Shown here: in pieces, positions 18,258 through 27,647 of the stretch | How the letters are laid out: every line of letters begins with the position of its first letter | Numbering within the stretch: position 1 is the first letter of the stretch | DNA from: an uncultured Clostridia bacterium | Lineage (GTDB): Bacteria > Bacillota > Clostridia > TANB77 > CAG-508 | Direction of reading: 5' to 3' | Length of the DNA: 46,366 nucleotides | Assembly: GCA_934167135.1 (NCBI GenBank) | Contig: CAKPKI010000002.1 | Location: 1 to 46,366, forward strand | The notes under the pieces: model-generated | Databases searched by the model: none | What the model was told of the DNA's origin: nothing | Seen by the model: only the letters and a program-made list of their open reading frames with translations | Made by a program: the position numbers and the translations under genes

Positions 18258-18266
18258 TGTTATAAT
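18258..18266 (+). promoter_or_regulatory. Extended -10 promoter element upstream of the ttcA-like gene
   Basis: TGtTATAAT lies 32 nt upstream of the ATG at 18298. This argues against the track's earlier start at 18265. Confidence 0.4.
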
Positions 18267-18297
18267 GATAAAAAACATAAAAGGAAGGATTTATAAT

Positions 18298-19008
18298 ATG
18301 CAACACATACTAAGTAAAATGAGAAAAGCAATAGAAGACTATAAAATGATAGAAGAAGGCGACAAAATTGCAGTTTGCCTATCTGGCGGAAAAGACTCAA
18401 TAACATTATTAAATGGGCTAAAAGCACTACAAAGATTTTACCCAAAACATTTTGATTTAATAGCAATATCAGTCAATCCAGGATTTGAATTTTTTGACAA
18501 TGAATTACTACAAAAAAACTGTGATGAAGTTGGAGTACCTTTATTTATAGAAAATACCTCAATAAAAGAAATAGTTTTTGATGTAAGAAAAGAAAAGAAT
18601 CCATGTTCTTTGTGTGCCAATTTACGTAGAGGAATAATAAACAGTGTAGCAGTACGAGAAGGATGTAATAAAATTGCACTTGGGCATAATATGGATGATG
18701 TTTTAGAAACATTTTTACTAAACTTATTATATACAGGAAGTATCTCAACATTTGCACCCAAAAGCTATATGGATAGAACAAAAATAACATTAATTAGGCC
18801 ATTGATTTTATTAAGTGAAAAAGACACTCGCAGTTTCGTAAAAAAGAATAATAAAACTGTAATGTCCAAAGTTTGTCCAATGGATGAACACACAAAAAGA
18901 GAAACAATGAAAGAACAAATTTTTCTATGGCAAAAAAACATTCCAACAATCAGAGCAAATTTATTTGGAGCAATTTCAAGAAATATAGATGGCTGGAAGA
19001 AAATATAG
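18298..19008 (+). CDS. ttcA: PP-loop ATPase, tRNA 2-thiocytidine (TtcA) family
   Basis: The PP-loop is CLSGGKDS, with a CSLCANLRRG cysteine pair. The likely start is the ATG at 18298, preceded by AAGGAAGGA. Confidence 0.8.
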   Translation: MQHILSKMRKAIEDYKMIEEGDKIAVCLSGGKDSITLLNGLKALQRFYPKHFDLIAISVNPGFEFFDNELLQKNCDEVGVPLFIENTSIKEIVFDVRKEKNPCSLCANLRRGIINSVAVREGCNKIALGHNMDDVLETFLLNLLYTGSISTFAPKSYMDRTKITLIRPLILLSEKDTRSFVKKNNKTVMSKVCPMDEHTKRETMKEQIFLWQKNIPTIRANLFGAISRNIDGWKKI

Positions 19009-19037
19009 AGGATACCTATAGTAGTATCCCCTTTTTA
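19008..19037 (+). terminator. Rho-independent terminator after the ttcA-like gene
   Basis: GGATAC (19010..19015) pairs with GTATCC (19024..19029) and is followed by CCTTTTT. Confidence 0.5.
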
Positions 19038-19041
19038 TATT

Positions 19042-20781
19042 TTAATTTTCTTTAACAACTTTAACCATTGCTTCTTTTAAATCTTCCAACTCTTCTGTTG
19101 CATTTTCTGCTGAAGTACCTTTAACTCCAAAATAAAGTTTGATTTTAGGCTCTGTTCCAGATGGACGAACACAACACCATGAATTATTTTCCAATTGATA
19201 ATATAATACATTTGATTTTGGAAGACCTGTTTTGCTCTCTTCTCCTGAAATCATATTTTTTACATAGTCATTTTCAACATCTTTAAAGCTCAAAACTTTA
19301 TATTTTCCAATTTGCTCTACATCTTTATTTCTCATATTTGTCATCATTTCTCTTATTTTTTCAGCACCCTCAGCACCTTCTAAAACTATTGACACTTGGT
19401 CTTCTTTGTAATATCCATATTTTTCATAAATATTATTCATCTGATCCCATAATGTAATTCCTTTAGCTCTATAATAAGCTGCGGCTTCGCATAATGACAT
19501 AACTGCTGAAATACCATCTTTATCTCTTGCATAATCTCCAATTAAACAACCATAGCTCTCTTCGAACCCAAATACATATGTTTTATCATGATTTTCTTCT
19601 GCTTTTTTCATTACTGCACCAATATTTTTAAATCCTGTTAAAACTTCTATACATTCTAATCCGTAGTTTGTAGCAATAGCCTTAGCTAAATCTGATGAAA
19701 CAATTGTTGTAATAAATATACCATCTTTAGGCAAAATATTCTTTTCTTGCATTTGAGATATTCTATATTCAGCAATTAATAAAGCTGACATATTTCCTGT
19801 GTATGGCATATATTTACCTGTTTTTGTGTCTTTAGCATAAATTCCTAATCTATCTGCATCAGGGTCAGTTGCTAAAACAACATCAGCATTAACTTTTTCT
19901 GCTAATTCTAAAGCTAATTTAAATGCTTTTTTATCTTCTGGGTTTGGATAGTCAACAGTTGGGAAATTGCCATCTGGTTTAGCTTGTTCTGGTACAACAT
20001 AAACCTTCTCAAAACCTAGTTCTTTTAATAATCTTTCTGCAATTGTATTTCCTGTTCCATGTAATGGTGTATAAACTATTTTTAATTCTTTTCCTTGTTC
20101 CCTAACGATTTCTGGATTTAATATTTTGTTTTTTAATGTCTCAATATATTTGTCATCCATTTCTTTACCAATAATATTAAATAACCCTTTTTCAATAGCT
20201 TCTTCTTTACTAATAGTTTTTATTTCTTTAAAATCTTCAATATTTCTTACTTTATTAATAATATCTTTATCTCTAGGTGCAACAATTTGAGAACCGTCAT
20301 CCCAATAAACCTTATATCCGTTATACTTTGGAGGATTATGACTTGCTGTAATCATTATACCTGCTGTACATTTTAATTGTCTTACTGCAAATGATAACTC
20401 TGGCACAGGTCTTAAACTTTCAAATAAGTAAGTTTTTATTCCATTTGCATTTAATATTAATGCTGTTTGTAAACTAAATTCATCTGACATTTTTCTAGAG
20501 TCATAACTAATTGCAACTCCCATATCTTGTGTTCCTTGTTCTAATATGTAATTTGCTAATCCTTGTGTAGCTTTTCCTACTGTGTATTTATTCATTCTAT
20601 TTGTTCCCATTCCAATTACTCCACGTAATCCAGCAGTTCCAAATTCTAATTCTTTGTAAAACCTATCCTTTATTTCTTCTTCGTCATCTTTAATGTTAAT
20701 TAACTCTTTTCTTGTTTCTTCGTCAAAACTTGGATCTTCACACCATTTTTGGTATTCTTCCTTATAATTCATTTTCATCAT
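19042..20781 (-). CDS. pgcA: Phosphoglucomutase/phosphomannomutase family phospho-sugar mutase
   Basis: The active-site loop is TASHNPPKYNGYK and the Mg loop is TDPDADR. The protein is 579 aa. Confidence 0.9.
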   Translation of the reverse strand: MMKMNYKEEYQKWCEDPSFDEETRKELINIKDDEEEIKDRFYKELEFGTAGLRGVIGMGTNRMNKYTVGKATQGLANYILEQGTQDMGVAISYDSRKMSDEFSLQTALILNANGIKTYLFESLRPVPELSFAVRQLKCTAGIMITASHNPPKYNGYKVYWDDGSQIVAPRDKDIINKVRNIEDFKEIKTISKEEAIEKGLFNIIGKEMDDKYIETLKNKILNPEIVREQGKELKIVYTPLHGTGNTIAERLLKELGFEKVYVVPEQAKPDGNFPTVDYPNPEDKKAFKLALELAEKVNADVVLATDPDADRLGIYAKDTKTGKYMPYTGNMSALLIAEYRISQMQEKNILPKDGIFITTIVSSDLAKAIATNYGLECIEVLTGFKNIGAVMKKAEENHDKTYVFGFEESYGCLIGDYARDKDGISAVMSLCEAAAYYRAKGITLWDQMNNIYEKYGYYKEDQVSIVLEGAEGAEKIREMMTNMRNKDVEQIGKYKVLSFKDVENDYVKNMISGEESKTGLPKSNVLYYQLENNSWCCVRPSGTEPKIKLYFGVKGTSAENATEELEDLKEAMVKVVKEN

Positions 20782-20939
20782 CCTTTCATTTATTCTCGCA
20801 TATTTTGAGATTTTTGCTACAAAGAGAAAATCTCAAAAGGCTAGAGATTTTAGAATAAAGCGACACAGTCGCCCTGTTTTCTCTCCCTCTTTGATTTTTC
20901 TACTAAAAGTAGAAAATCTCAAAGTGCTAGAAATTGTAT
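20782..20939 (-). promoter_or_regulatory. Structured 5' leader of the phosphoglucomutase gene with repeated complementary 8-mers
   Basis: On the plus strand, GAGATTTT occurs at 20807 and 20844 and AAAATCTC at 20827 and 20913. A further hairpin pairs 20892..20902 with 20909..20918. A GC hairpin, GCGAC-aca-GTCGC (20860..20872), is followed by U's on the minus strand. Confidence 0.4.
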
Positions 20940-20972
20940 AAAAAAACCGCTGATGAATATTCACACCAGCAG
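20940..20972 (-). terminator. Rho-independent terminator of the UDP-sugar pyrophosphorylase gene
   Basis: The minus-strand RNA reads CUGCUGGUG-UGAAUAUU-CAUCAGCGG, a 9-bp stem including G-U pairs, followed by UUUUUUU. Confidence 0.65.
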
Positions 20973-20988
20973 TTTAACATTATATACT

Positions 20989-22230
20989 TTATAATTGATA
21001 GAATTTTCTATATAGCTCTCTTGCAGTCTCTGGACTATCTACTCCAGCTGCATTTTTTACAGGTGCAAATTCTTCTTCTCTCTTAACTCTTAAAATAGCC
21101 ATATCATCTAATTCTCCAAAAGCATCAAATAAGAATGCCTCAAATTTATATGCATTTGGACCATCTGGTACAACTTTATTTCCATTTTTATCTATATATG
21201 TTGCTTTTTTAAAGGCAGAATGATATGGTAAAGGTTTTGTTCCCATTCTTTCTACAGCATCTATATTAAATAAGTTGCATAAGATATGAGATTCTCCATA
21301 TATTAATTCTCCTCTTTCATCTTTTGCTTCTGCCATTTCTTTTGGTATTTCTGTATATTCTACAACTGATGGTCTTCCATTTTTCTTGCAAAATACTCCA
21401 ACCTTTTCTTGAGGATTAGATTTTACAACAGATTTTCCCGCAGCAGTAACATTTTTTTGTATTGCTATTCCCATTAATACTGGGTCTACCATTTTTACTA
21501 AACAGTTGTCAACTCCTCCAATAAAAATCCATTCAACTCCTAATTCTCTCATTTTTTTAGTCATTCCATTTTTTACAAGTGCCTCATATATTCCTCCATG
21601 TCCATCTGCTGCTTCCTTTATTAATCCATTTTCGCCGATTAATATTTTTCCTTCTGTATCTACCATTGGTAGTTCTCCCTGTTTAAAGAAGAATATGTTT
21701 TTGTCTTTTTCATATCCAAAGAATTTATGCTTTGCAAAGAAGTTTATTGTATCTTCATTATTTTCTTCACTTGTCATTATAAACCAAGGAATTATTACAT
21801 CATATTTTTTTCCTTGCTCTTTTAAAGAATCACTTAGTAATTCAAAAAGTGATTTATGTGAGTCTAATCCGATATCAAATGTTCCTTTTGGTCCACTATG
21901 ACCTAGTCTTGTACCTTGACCTCCAGCCATTGTTACTGCCGCAAGTTTTCCTTGCCTTATTGCTTTTTCACCAGTTGTTTGAAATCCTTTATAATATCCA
22001 TTTAATTTGTCTTTATCTAAATATTCTATTGGTGAAATTTTACTTTCTTGAACATCAACATCTTTTTTTGTGTTATTATATAAACTATTTATCAACTCAA
22101 AATCTATTTGCTCAATTTGATCTAATAGTTGTTTTTGTTTAATTCCATCTAACTTTTCGTATTCATCTAATAAATGTTCTTGAGAATACTTTTTTAGGGT
22201 TTTTTTAATAGTTTCTATATTTCCATCCAT
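20989..22230 (-). CDS. UDPGP-family UDP-sugar (UDP-GlcNAc/UDP-Glc) pyrophosphorylase
   Basis: The nucleotide-binding loop is MAGGQGTRLGHSGPKGTF. The architecture is UAP1-like and the protein is 413 aa. Confidence 0.8.
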   Translation of the reverse strand: MDGNIETIKKTLKKYSQEHLLDEYEKLDGIKQKQLLDQIEQIDFELINSLYNNTKKDVDVQESKISPIEYLDKDKLNGYYKGFQTTGEKAIRQGKLAAVTMAGGQGTRLGHSGPKGTFDIGLDSHKSLFELLSDSLKEQGKKYDVIIPWFIMTSEENNEDTINFFAKHKFFGYEKDKNIFFFKQGELPMVDTEGKILIGENGLIKEAADGHGGIYEALVKNGMTKKMRELGVEWIFIGGVDNCLVKMVDPVLMGIAIQKNVTAAGKSVVKSNPQEKVGVFCKKNGRPSVVEYTEIPKEMAEAKDERGELIYGESHILCNLFNIDAVERMGTKPLPYHSAFKKATYIDKNGNKVVPDGPNAYKFEAFLFDAFGELDDMAILRVKREEEFAPVKNAAGVDSPETARELYRKFYQL

Positions 22231-22325
22231 TTGTATACTTCCTTTCTTGCTTCATATATCATATATATATACTATTTTTTCTTTTTTTTCAATACCTATA
22301 CGAAAAGTTTTCTTTTTTTATAAAA

Positions 22326-22769
22326 TTATAATTTCATCTTTTCAAATCCAGTTGTATTTAAATTACAATCATAATTATTTACTACATTACTAATATCATT
22401 TTTCATTTCCTCAATATTATAGCAATCAACAATAGTAACATTATCTATATCTTTTTGTAATATTTTTCCATTTACATTATCTATATAATTTTTATTTCCT
22501 ATTATAATAACATTAGATTTATCTTTAATTTCTTTATCTGAATCAACATTCCATCCTAAATTTAATATTTTTTCTTTATTTTCTTTTTTTAAGTTCATTT
22601 TTGATAACAATACTTCTAAAGAGTCTTCTAAATTATACTCTGTGTTAATTATCACATTTTCCTTTTCTTCTATTTTTTTGTTTATAAACGGTACTAATAT
22701 CATTTCTAAATGATATTCACTCACATAAAAACTACACATTTTTTCTATATTCTTATTTTGAACAATCAT
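22326..22769 (-). CDS. Hypothetical 147-aa protein
   Basis: A clean ORF with no TM helix or signal peptide. I cannot place it in a family with any confidence. Confidence 0.45.
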   Translation of the reverse strand: MIVQNKNIEKMCSFYVSEYHLEMILVPFINKKIEEKENVIINTEYNLEDSLEVLLSKMNLKKENKEKILNLGWNVDSDKEIKDKSNVIIIGNKNYIDNVNGKILQKDIDNVTIVDCYNIEEMKNDISNVVNNYDCNLNTTGFEKMKL

Positions 22770-22921
22770 ATTATCATCCTTTCCGATTATCTATATGGTA
22801 AATTTTACCATTCGTTTTTTTTATTGTCAAGCTTTTTTCCTATAAATGTATAATTTATTTTTTTTGGTTAATAATTATTTTAAAGATATATTTTAACAAA
22901 ATTGTTTTTTGGAGGTTTAAC

Positions 22922-23593
22922 ATGAAAAATATTTTAAAATTTATTAAAAGTTCCAAAGTTAAGAGTTTCAGTTTAATTGCCCTATTGCTTTTCTTATATA
23001 CATTTATTTGTGCTCAAAATTATGTTTATGCTGTATCAAATAATTTATCACAAGCAGTTTTTAGATTACATGTTTTAGCAAATAGCAACTCTGATGAAGA
23101 TCAACAATTAAAATTAAAAGTACGAGATGCATTACTTGATTACATGAATAGTATATCTACAAGCTGTTCTACTAAAGCAGAAGCAATATCTTTAGCAACA
23201 GAACACAAATCTGATTTTACTCAAATTGCAGAAAAAGTTATTATAGAAAATGGTTATGATTATCCTGTAAAAATAAACATTGGCAACTTCTATTTTCCAA
23301 CTAAAAATTATGGTGATATTACTTTGCCTGCTGGTCTATATGATGCATTACGTGTCGAAATTGGAGAAGCAAAAGGAAAAAATTGGTGGTGTGTAATGTT
23401 CCCATCCCTTTGTTTTATTGATGTATCATCTGGAGTTGTAGATAATAATGCTAAAGAAAATCTTGAAGAAAATCTTGATAAAGAATCATACAATTTAATT
23501 TCTGACGAAAATAACTCTGAAATAAAATTCAAATTTAAACTTGTAGAATTTTTCGCAGAAAAGGGATTATTCACTGCAAATACATCAAAGTAA
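22922..23593 (+). CDS. spoIIR: Stage II sporulation protein R
   Basis: A signal/anchor segment is followed by the SpoIIR hallmark VFRLHVLANSNSDEDQQLKLKVRDALL and by WWCVMFPSLCF. Confidence 0.85.
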   Translation: MKNILKFIKSSKVKSFSLIALLLFLYTFICAQNYVYAVSNNLSQAVFRLHVLANSNSDEDQQLKLKVRDALLDYMNSISTSCSTKAEAISLATEHKSDFTQIAEKVIIENGYDYPVKINIGNFYFPTKNYGDITLPAGLYDALRVEIGEAKGKNWWCVMFPSLCFIDVSSGVVDNNAKENLEENLDKESYNLISDENNSEIKFKFKLVEFFAEKGLFTANTSK

Positions 23594-23682
23594 TTTCTAT
23601 TGAGTTTTTCTCCAAAAAGTGTTGTAATATTATGCTTTTTATGATATATTTTTTAAGAAGAAAAATTTAAGGAGGAATACTT

Positions 23683-24942
23683 TTGGAAAAATTAGTAATA
23701 ACTGGAGGAACACCTTTAAAAGGAGAAGTAACAATAAGTGGTGCTAAAAATGCTGCTGTAGCAATTTTACCAGCAACGCTTTTAATAGATGGAATATGTA
23801 CTATAGAAAACATCCCTAATATAAGTGATGTAAAAAAATCATGCGAAATATTAGAAGGTTTGGGAGCCAAAATAACATGGAACACACCAAACGAGATTAC
23901 AATAGACACAAGAAACATTACCGAAACAAATGCTTCAGAAGAATTAACAAGTAAATTTAGAGCATCTTATTATATATTAGGTAGTATGCTTGGACGTACT
24001 GGAAAAATATCTGTTGGAATGCCTGGTGGATGTAAATTAGGTGCACGACCAATAGATCAACATATAAAAGGATTTGAAGCATTAGGTGCAAAAGTTGAAG
24101 TTGGACAAGGTAAAATCTTAGCAACAGCTGATAAACTTGTAGGAACTTCTATATATATGGATGTAGTATCTGTTGGAGCAACAATAAATGTAATGCTTGC
24201 CTCTGTATTGGCAGAAGGAACAACTATAATAGACAATGCAGCAAAGGAACCTCACATTGTAGATGTTGCAAACTTTCTAAACACAATGGGAGCAGACATT
24301 CGTGGTGCTGGAACAGATGTAATAAAAATTAATGGTGTAAAAAAACTTAGTGGAAATGAAACATATTCTGTAGTACCAGATCAAATAGAAGCTGGTACAT
24401 TTATGCTTGCGGCCGTAGCATCTAAAGGTGATATTTTAATAAAAAATTGTATTACAAAACACTTAGAAGCAATTACTGCAAAAATTTTAGAAATTGGCGG
24501 ACATGTAGATGATTTTGGTGACAAAATAAGAGTATGGTGTGATGAAAGACCTTCAAAAGCTATAATAAAAACTCAACCATATCCTGGATTTCCTACAGAT
24601 TTACAACCTCAAATGGGTGTTGTACTTTCAATTGCAAATGGTACAAGCAGAATTATTGAAAATATTTGGGAATCTAGATTTCAATATACTGATGAATTAA
24701 ACAAAATGGGTGCAAACATCACCGCCGAAGGAAAAACAGCATTTTTTGAGGGTGTAGAAAAATTATATGGTTCTCCTGTTTACTCATCTGATTTACGTGC
24801 TGGTGCAGCATTAATCATTGCTGGTGTAATTGCAGAAGGAAAAACAGAAATATATAATCTAGAACACATAGATAGAGGATATGAAAACATAGAAGAGAAA
24901 TTCAGAAATCTAGGTGCACTAATAGATAGAGTTAAAGAATAA
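23683..24942 (+). CDS. murA: UDP-N-acetylglucosamine 1-carboxyvinyltransferase
   Basis: The start is a TTG with AGGAGG upstream. Motifs are ISGAKNAAVAILPA, GGCKLGARPIDQH (catalytic Cys) and DLRAGAALIIAG. Confidence 0.95.
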   Translation: MEKLVITGGTPLKGEVTISGAKNAAVAILPATLLIDGICTIENIPNISDVKKSCEILEGLGAKITWNTPNEITIDTRNITETNASEELTSKFRASYYILGSMLGRTGKISVGMPGGCKLGARPIDQHIKGFEALGAKVEVGQGKILATADKLVGTSIYMDVVSVGATINVMLASVLAEGTTIIDNAAKEPHIVDVANFLNTMGADIRGAGTDVIKINGVKKLSGNETYSVVPDQIEAGTFMLAAVASKGDILIKNCITKHLEAITAKILEIGGHVDDFGDKIRVWCDERPSKAIIKTQPYPGFPTDLQPQMGVVLSIANGTSRIIENIWESRFQYTDELNKMGANITAEGKTAFFEGVEKLYGSPVYSSDLRAGAALIIAGVIAEGKTEIYNLEHIDRGYENIEEKFRNLGALIDRVKE

Positions 24943-24963
24943 TATTAGAAAGAAGAAATACAT

Positions 24964-25752
24964 ATGCTAAATTTTTGTAGTTTATATAGTGGTAGTAGTG
25001 GAAATAGTTTGTTTGTAGAAACTGAAAATACTAAAATATTAATTGATGCTGGAATGAGTTGTAAAAAAATTGAAGAGGGATTACATTCTATTGAAGTAGA
25101 TCCCTCTTCAATTAATGCAATTTTAGTAACCCATGAGCATTCTGACCATGTAAAAGGAATTGGAACTTTATCCAAAAAGTTTGACATTCCTGTTTTCTCT
25201 ACTAAAGAAACTTTTGATGCCATGCCTACTCAAACAGAAAAATTATCTGATAAAAATATAAAATTTTTTAATCCTTTTGAAAAATTCTGTATTAATGATT
25301 TAGAAATACTACCATTCAGTATTCCTCATGATGCAGTAAACCCTTGCGGATTTAACATTTCTAAGGATAAAAGCCATCAGATTAGTATTGCAACAGATAT
25401 TGGTCACATGACAAAATCTATTGTTGATACTCTTGAAGGTAGTGAATTTATTTTACTAGAATCAAACTATGACACAGAAGTTTTAAGATGTTGTGCATAT
25501 CCTTATAAGCTAAAAACCAGAATTGCTGGAGATAAAGGTCATTTATCTAATACTATGGCTGGAAAAACAATTTCCTATTTATTAAAAAATGGTAAGCTTA
25601 ATACTGCTATGCTTGGGCATCTAAGTAAAGAAAGTAATTTCCCTGAATTAGCATATCAAACAGTTATAGATGAGATAATATCAAATAATAACAATAATGT
25701 AAATTTATCTGTTGCTAGTAGGGACTGTCCTAGTAAATTAATTAATTTATAA
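24964..25752 (+). CDS. MBL-fold metallo-hydrolase (YycJ/WalJ-like)
   Basis: The N-terminus is SGSSGNS and the metal motif is THEHSDHVKG. The protein is 262 aa. Confidence 0.8.
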   Translation: MLNFCSLYSGSSGNSLFVETENTKILIDAGMSCKKIEEGLHSIEVDPSSINAILVTHEHSDHVKGIGTLSKKFDIPVFSTKETFDAMPTQTEKLSDKNIKFFNPFEKFCINDLEILPFSIPHDAVNPCGFNISKDKSHQISIATDIGHMTKSIVDTLEGSEFILLESNYDTEVLRCCAYPYKLKTRIAGDKGHLSNTMAGKTISYLLKNGKLNTAMLGHLSKESNFPELAYQTVIDEIISNNNNNVNLSVASRDCPSKLINL

Positions 25753-25757
25753 TGGTT

Positions 25758-25912
25758 TTGTAAAGGGAATAATAAATAATAGAACTAAAATTAGGATTAG
25801 GTTTAGGGGGCCTATCTATTGTTTAGTTTTTATAATAGAGTTAATATAATATATTCTCTTTTAATTTATTTTTATGTGTTTTGGGGGAAATATTTAATTA
25901 TTCCCTTTACAA
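25758..25912. repeat. Perfect 16-bp inverted repeat enclosing 123 nt in a convergent intergenic region
   Basis: ttgtaaagggaataat (25758..25773) is the exact reverse complement of attattccctttacaa (25897..25912). The interior carries two GTTTnGGGGG motifs, with the G-runs at 25806..25810 and 25883..25887. Confidence 0.6.
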
Positions 25913-25971
25913 GATTAAAAACTTATTATTAAAAAATTTTGAATTAAATTGATTTGACTTTCATCAGCATT

Positions 25972-26000
25972 ATGTTACATCATTTTAATTCACTTGTCAA
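25972..26000 (-). promoter_or_regulatory. Orphan sigma-A-like promoter pointing into the inverted-repeat element
   Basis: Minus strand reads TTGACA (26000..25995), a 17-nt spacer, then TAACAT (25977..25972). A Spo0A-box-like TTTGTCGAAC lies 30 nt upstream (core 26036..26030). No ORF lies downstream. Confidence 0.4.
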
Positions 26001-26068
26001 CACAATTTCTAAAAAAACATCAAAAATCGTTCGACAAAATATTACAATATATTTTATTTTTCTACTTT

Positions 26069-26599
26069 TTATAAAAAAATCCATCTACAAATAATAATAG
26101 AAACAACAATACCAGTTAAATCAGCTAACAAAGCTGGAATTAAAATCATTCTGGTATTTTTTATTTTTACAGAACTAGTATATACTGCAATTGTATATAA
26201 AGTTGTTTCTGTTGACCCCATTATAACAGAGGCAAGTAACCCAATAAAAGAATCAACCCCATTACTTTTTATAATATCTGTAGCTATGGCCATAGAAGCA
26301 CTACCTGAAATTGGTCTTAATAAAGCTAATGGAACAACTTCACTAGGAAATTTCAATAATTTTAAAATTGGTGTAATCAAATTTGTTATAAACTCCAAAA
26401 TTCCTGAACTTCTAAGCATCCCTATAGCCACAAATAATCCAATTAAAGTTGGAAAAATTTTAAAACTAATTTCTACACCTTCAAAAGCCCCTTTTAAAAA
26501 AATATCAAAAACAGATTTTTTCTCTTTTAAACCTTGAGCAACAATTATTAAAATAACTATTGGCATTGCAACTATCGAAATATAATTAATAATCTCCAT
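26069..26599 (-). CDS. spmB: Spore maturation protein B
   Basis: A 176-aa polytopic membrane protein (LLRPISGSASMAIATDI) paired with spmA. Confidence 0.8.
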   Translation of the reverse strand: MEIINYISIVAMPIVILIIVAQGLKEKKSVFDIFLKGAFEGVEISFKIFPTLIGLFVAIGMLRSSGILEFITNLITPILKLLKFPSEVVPLALLRPISGSASMAIATDIIKSNGVDSFIGLLASVIMGSTETTLYTIAVYTSSVKIKNTRMILIPALLADLTGIVVSIIICRWIFL

Positions 26600-26612
26600 T
26601 TAAAATCCTTCT

Positions 26613-27197
26613 TTATTTTTTTGATGTCATTTTTATAAAAATTTTGCAAAAAATAATAGCAATAATACCTGCACATATAGTTGATATCCAAACTGGAAAT
26701 ATTATTTGTGATGGATTATTAGAATTAAGAGAACTTCTAATTGCAATAACTGTTGTAGGTATAATTTGCCAAGATGCTGTATTTAATACAATTAACATCA
26801 TCATATTATCACTTAATTTATCTTTATTTTTATTTTCCTTTTGTAATTCGTCCATAGCTTTTAAGCCTAATGGTGTAGCAGCATTCCCAAGTCCTAAAAT
26901 ATTTGCAATAATATTCATTATAATATTATTATAAGATTTACTATCTACATCTAGATTTTTAAAAAGAATTTTTATAATTGGTTTTAATAACTTAGACAAA
27001 TATTTTATTATATCAGTGTTAGATGCAACCTCCATTATTCCTGACCATAAACAAGTCATGCCTATTAATGTTAATGTCAAATTAACTGCATTTTCAGTTG
27101 ACTCAAAAATAGATGTATTTAAATTTTGTATATTACCTGAAAAAATTGCGTAAACTATAGATATTATTATAAAAATTGGCCATAATATATTTAACAT
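26613..27197 (-). CDS. spmA: Spore maturation protein A (nucleoside-recognition domain)
   Basis: A 194-aa membrane protein with LNILWPIFIIISIVYA and ANILGLGNAATPLGLKAM. It lies upstream of spmB. Confidence 0.8.
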   Translation of the reverse strand: MLNILWPIFIIISIVYAIFSGNIQNLNTSIFESTENAVNLTLTLIGMTCLWSGIMEVASNTDIIKYLSKLLKPIIKILFKNLDVDSKSYNNIIMNIIANILGLGNAATPLGLKAMDELQKENKNKDKLSDNMMMLIVLNTASWQIIPTTVIAIRSSLNSNNPSQIIFPVWISTICAGIIAIIFCKIFIKMTSKK

Positions 27198-27275
27198 ATT
27201 TATCCCCTTTTTATATTTATATTTTTCAAATTACTAAATTATAACAAATTTATTTACAATAATTTGAAATTTTGA

Positions 27276-27304
27276 TTGACCAATTTAAATATATATGTTA
27301 TCAT
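27276..27304 (+). promoter_or_regulatory. Sigma-A-like promoter of abrB
   Basis: TTGACC (27276..27281), a 17-nt spacer, then TATCAT (27299..27304). Confidence 0.45.
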
Positions 27305-27341
27305 ATAGATGAATTGATTTATTGTTTAAGGAGGCCAAGTT

Positions 27342-27611
27342 ATGAAATCTACAGGTATTGTAAGAAAAGTTGATGAATTAGGTAGAGTTGTTATACCAAT
27401 TGAAATTAGAAATAAATTCGATATAGCAGAAAAAGATCCAATAGAAATATATGTTGATGGTTCTTCTATTATACTAAAAAAATATGAACCAAATTGTATC
27501 TTTTGCGGAAATTCAAAAAATTTAATAGCATATAAAGATAAATTAGTTTGTTCAAAATGTGCACAAAAACTTGCAAATTTTGATAATGAAAACGATGATG
27601 AAGAAAACTAG
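27342..27611 (+). CDS. abrB: Transition-state regulator AbrB (SpoVT/AbrB domain)
   Basis: The N-terminus is MKSTGIVRKVDELGRVVIPIEIR. A clostridial-type C-terminal CxxC...CxxC segment is present. RBS is AAGGAGG. Confidence 0.9.
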   Translation: MKSTGIVRKVDELGRVVIPIEIRNKFDIAEKDPIEIYVDGSSIILKKYEPNCIFCGNSKNLIAYKDKLVCSKCAQKLANFDNENDDEEN

Positions 27612-27633
27612 AGAAATAATCTCTAGTTTTTTC
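27604..27633. terminator. Bidirectional terminator between abrB and rsmI
   Basis: ACTAGAGA (27607..27614) pairs with TCTCTAGT (27620..27627). It is flanked by an A-run and a T-run. Confidence 0.6.
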
Positions 27634-27647
27634 TTATTTATTTTTAA

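Noticed and set aside
20800-20925. The repeated GAGATTTT/AAAATCTC motifs, considered as a possible CRISPR array or mini-repeat array.
   Set aside because: There are only four 8-mers with irregular spacing. They are mutually complementary rather than direct repeats with unique spacers, and no cas genes are present. They are better read as RNA secondary structure.
27198-27341. A search for Spo0A boxes (TGTCGAA) in the abrB promoter region.
   Set aside because: No match was found on either strand. The only good box in the neighbourhood is at 26030..26036 and is reported separately.
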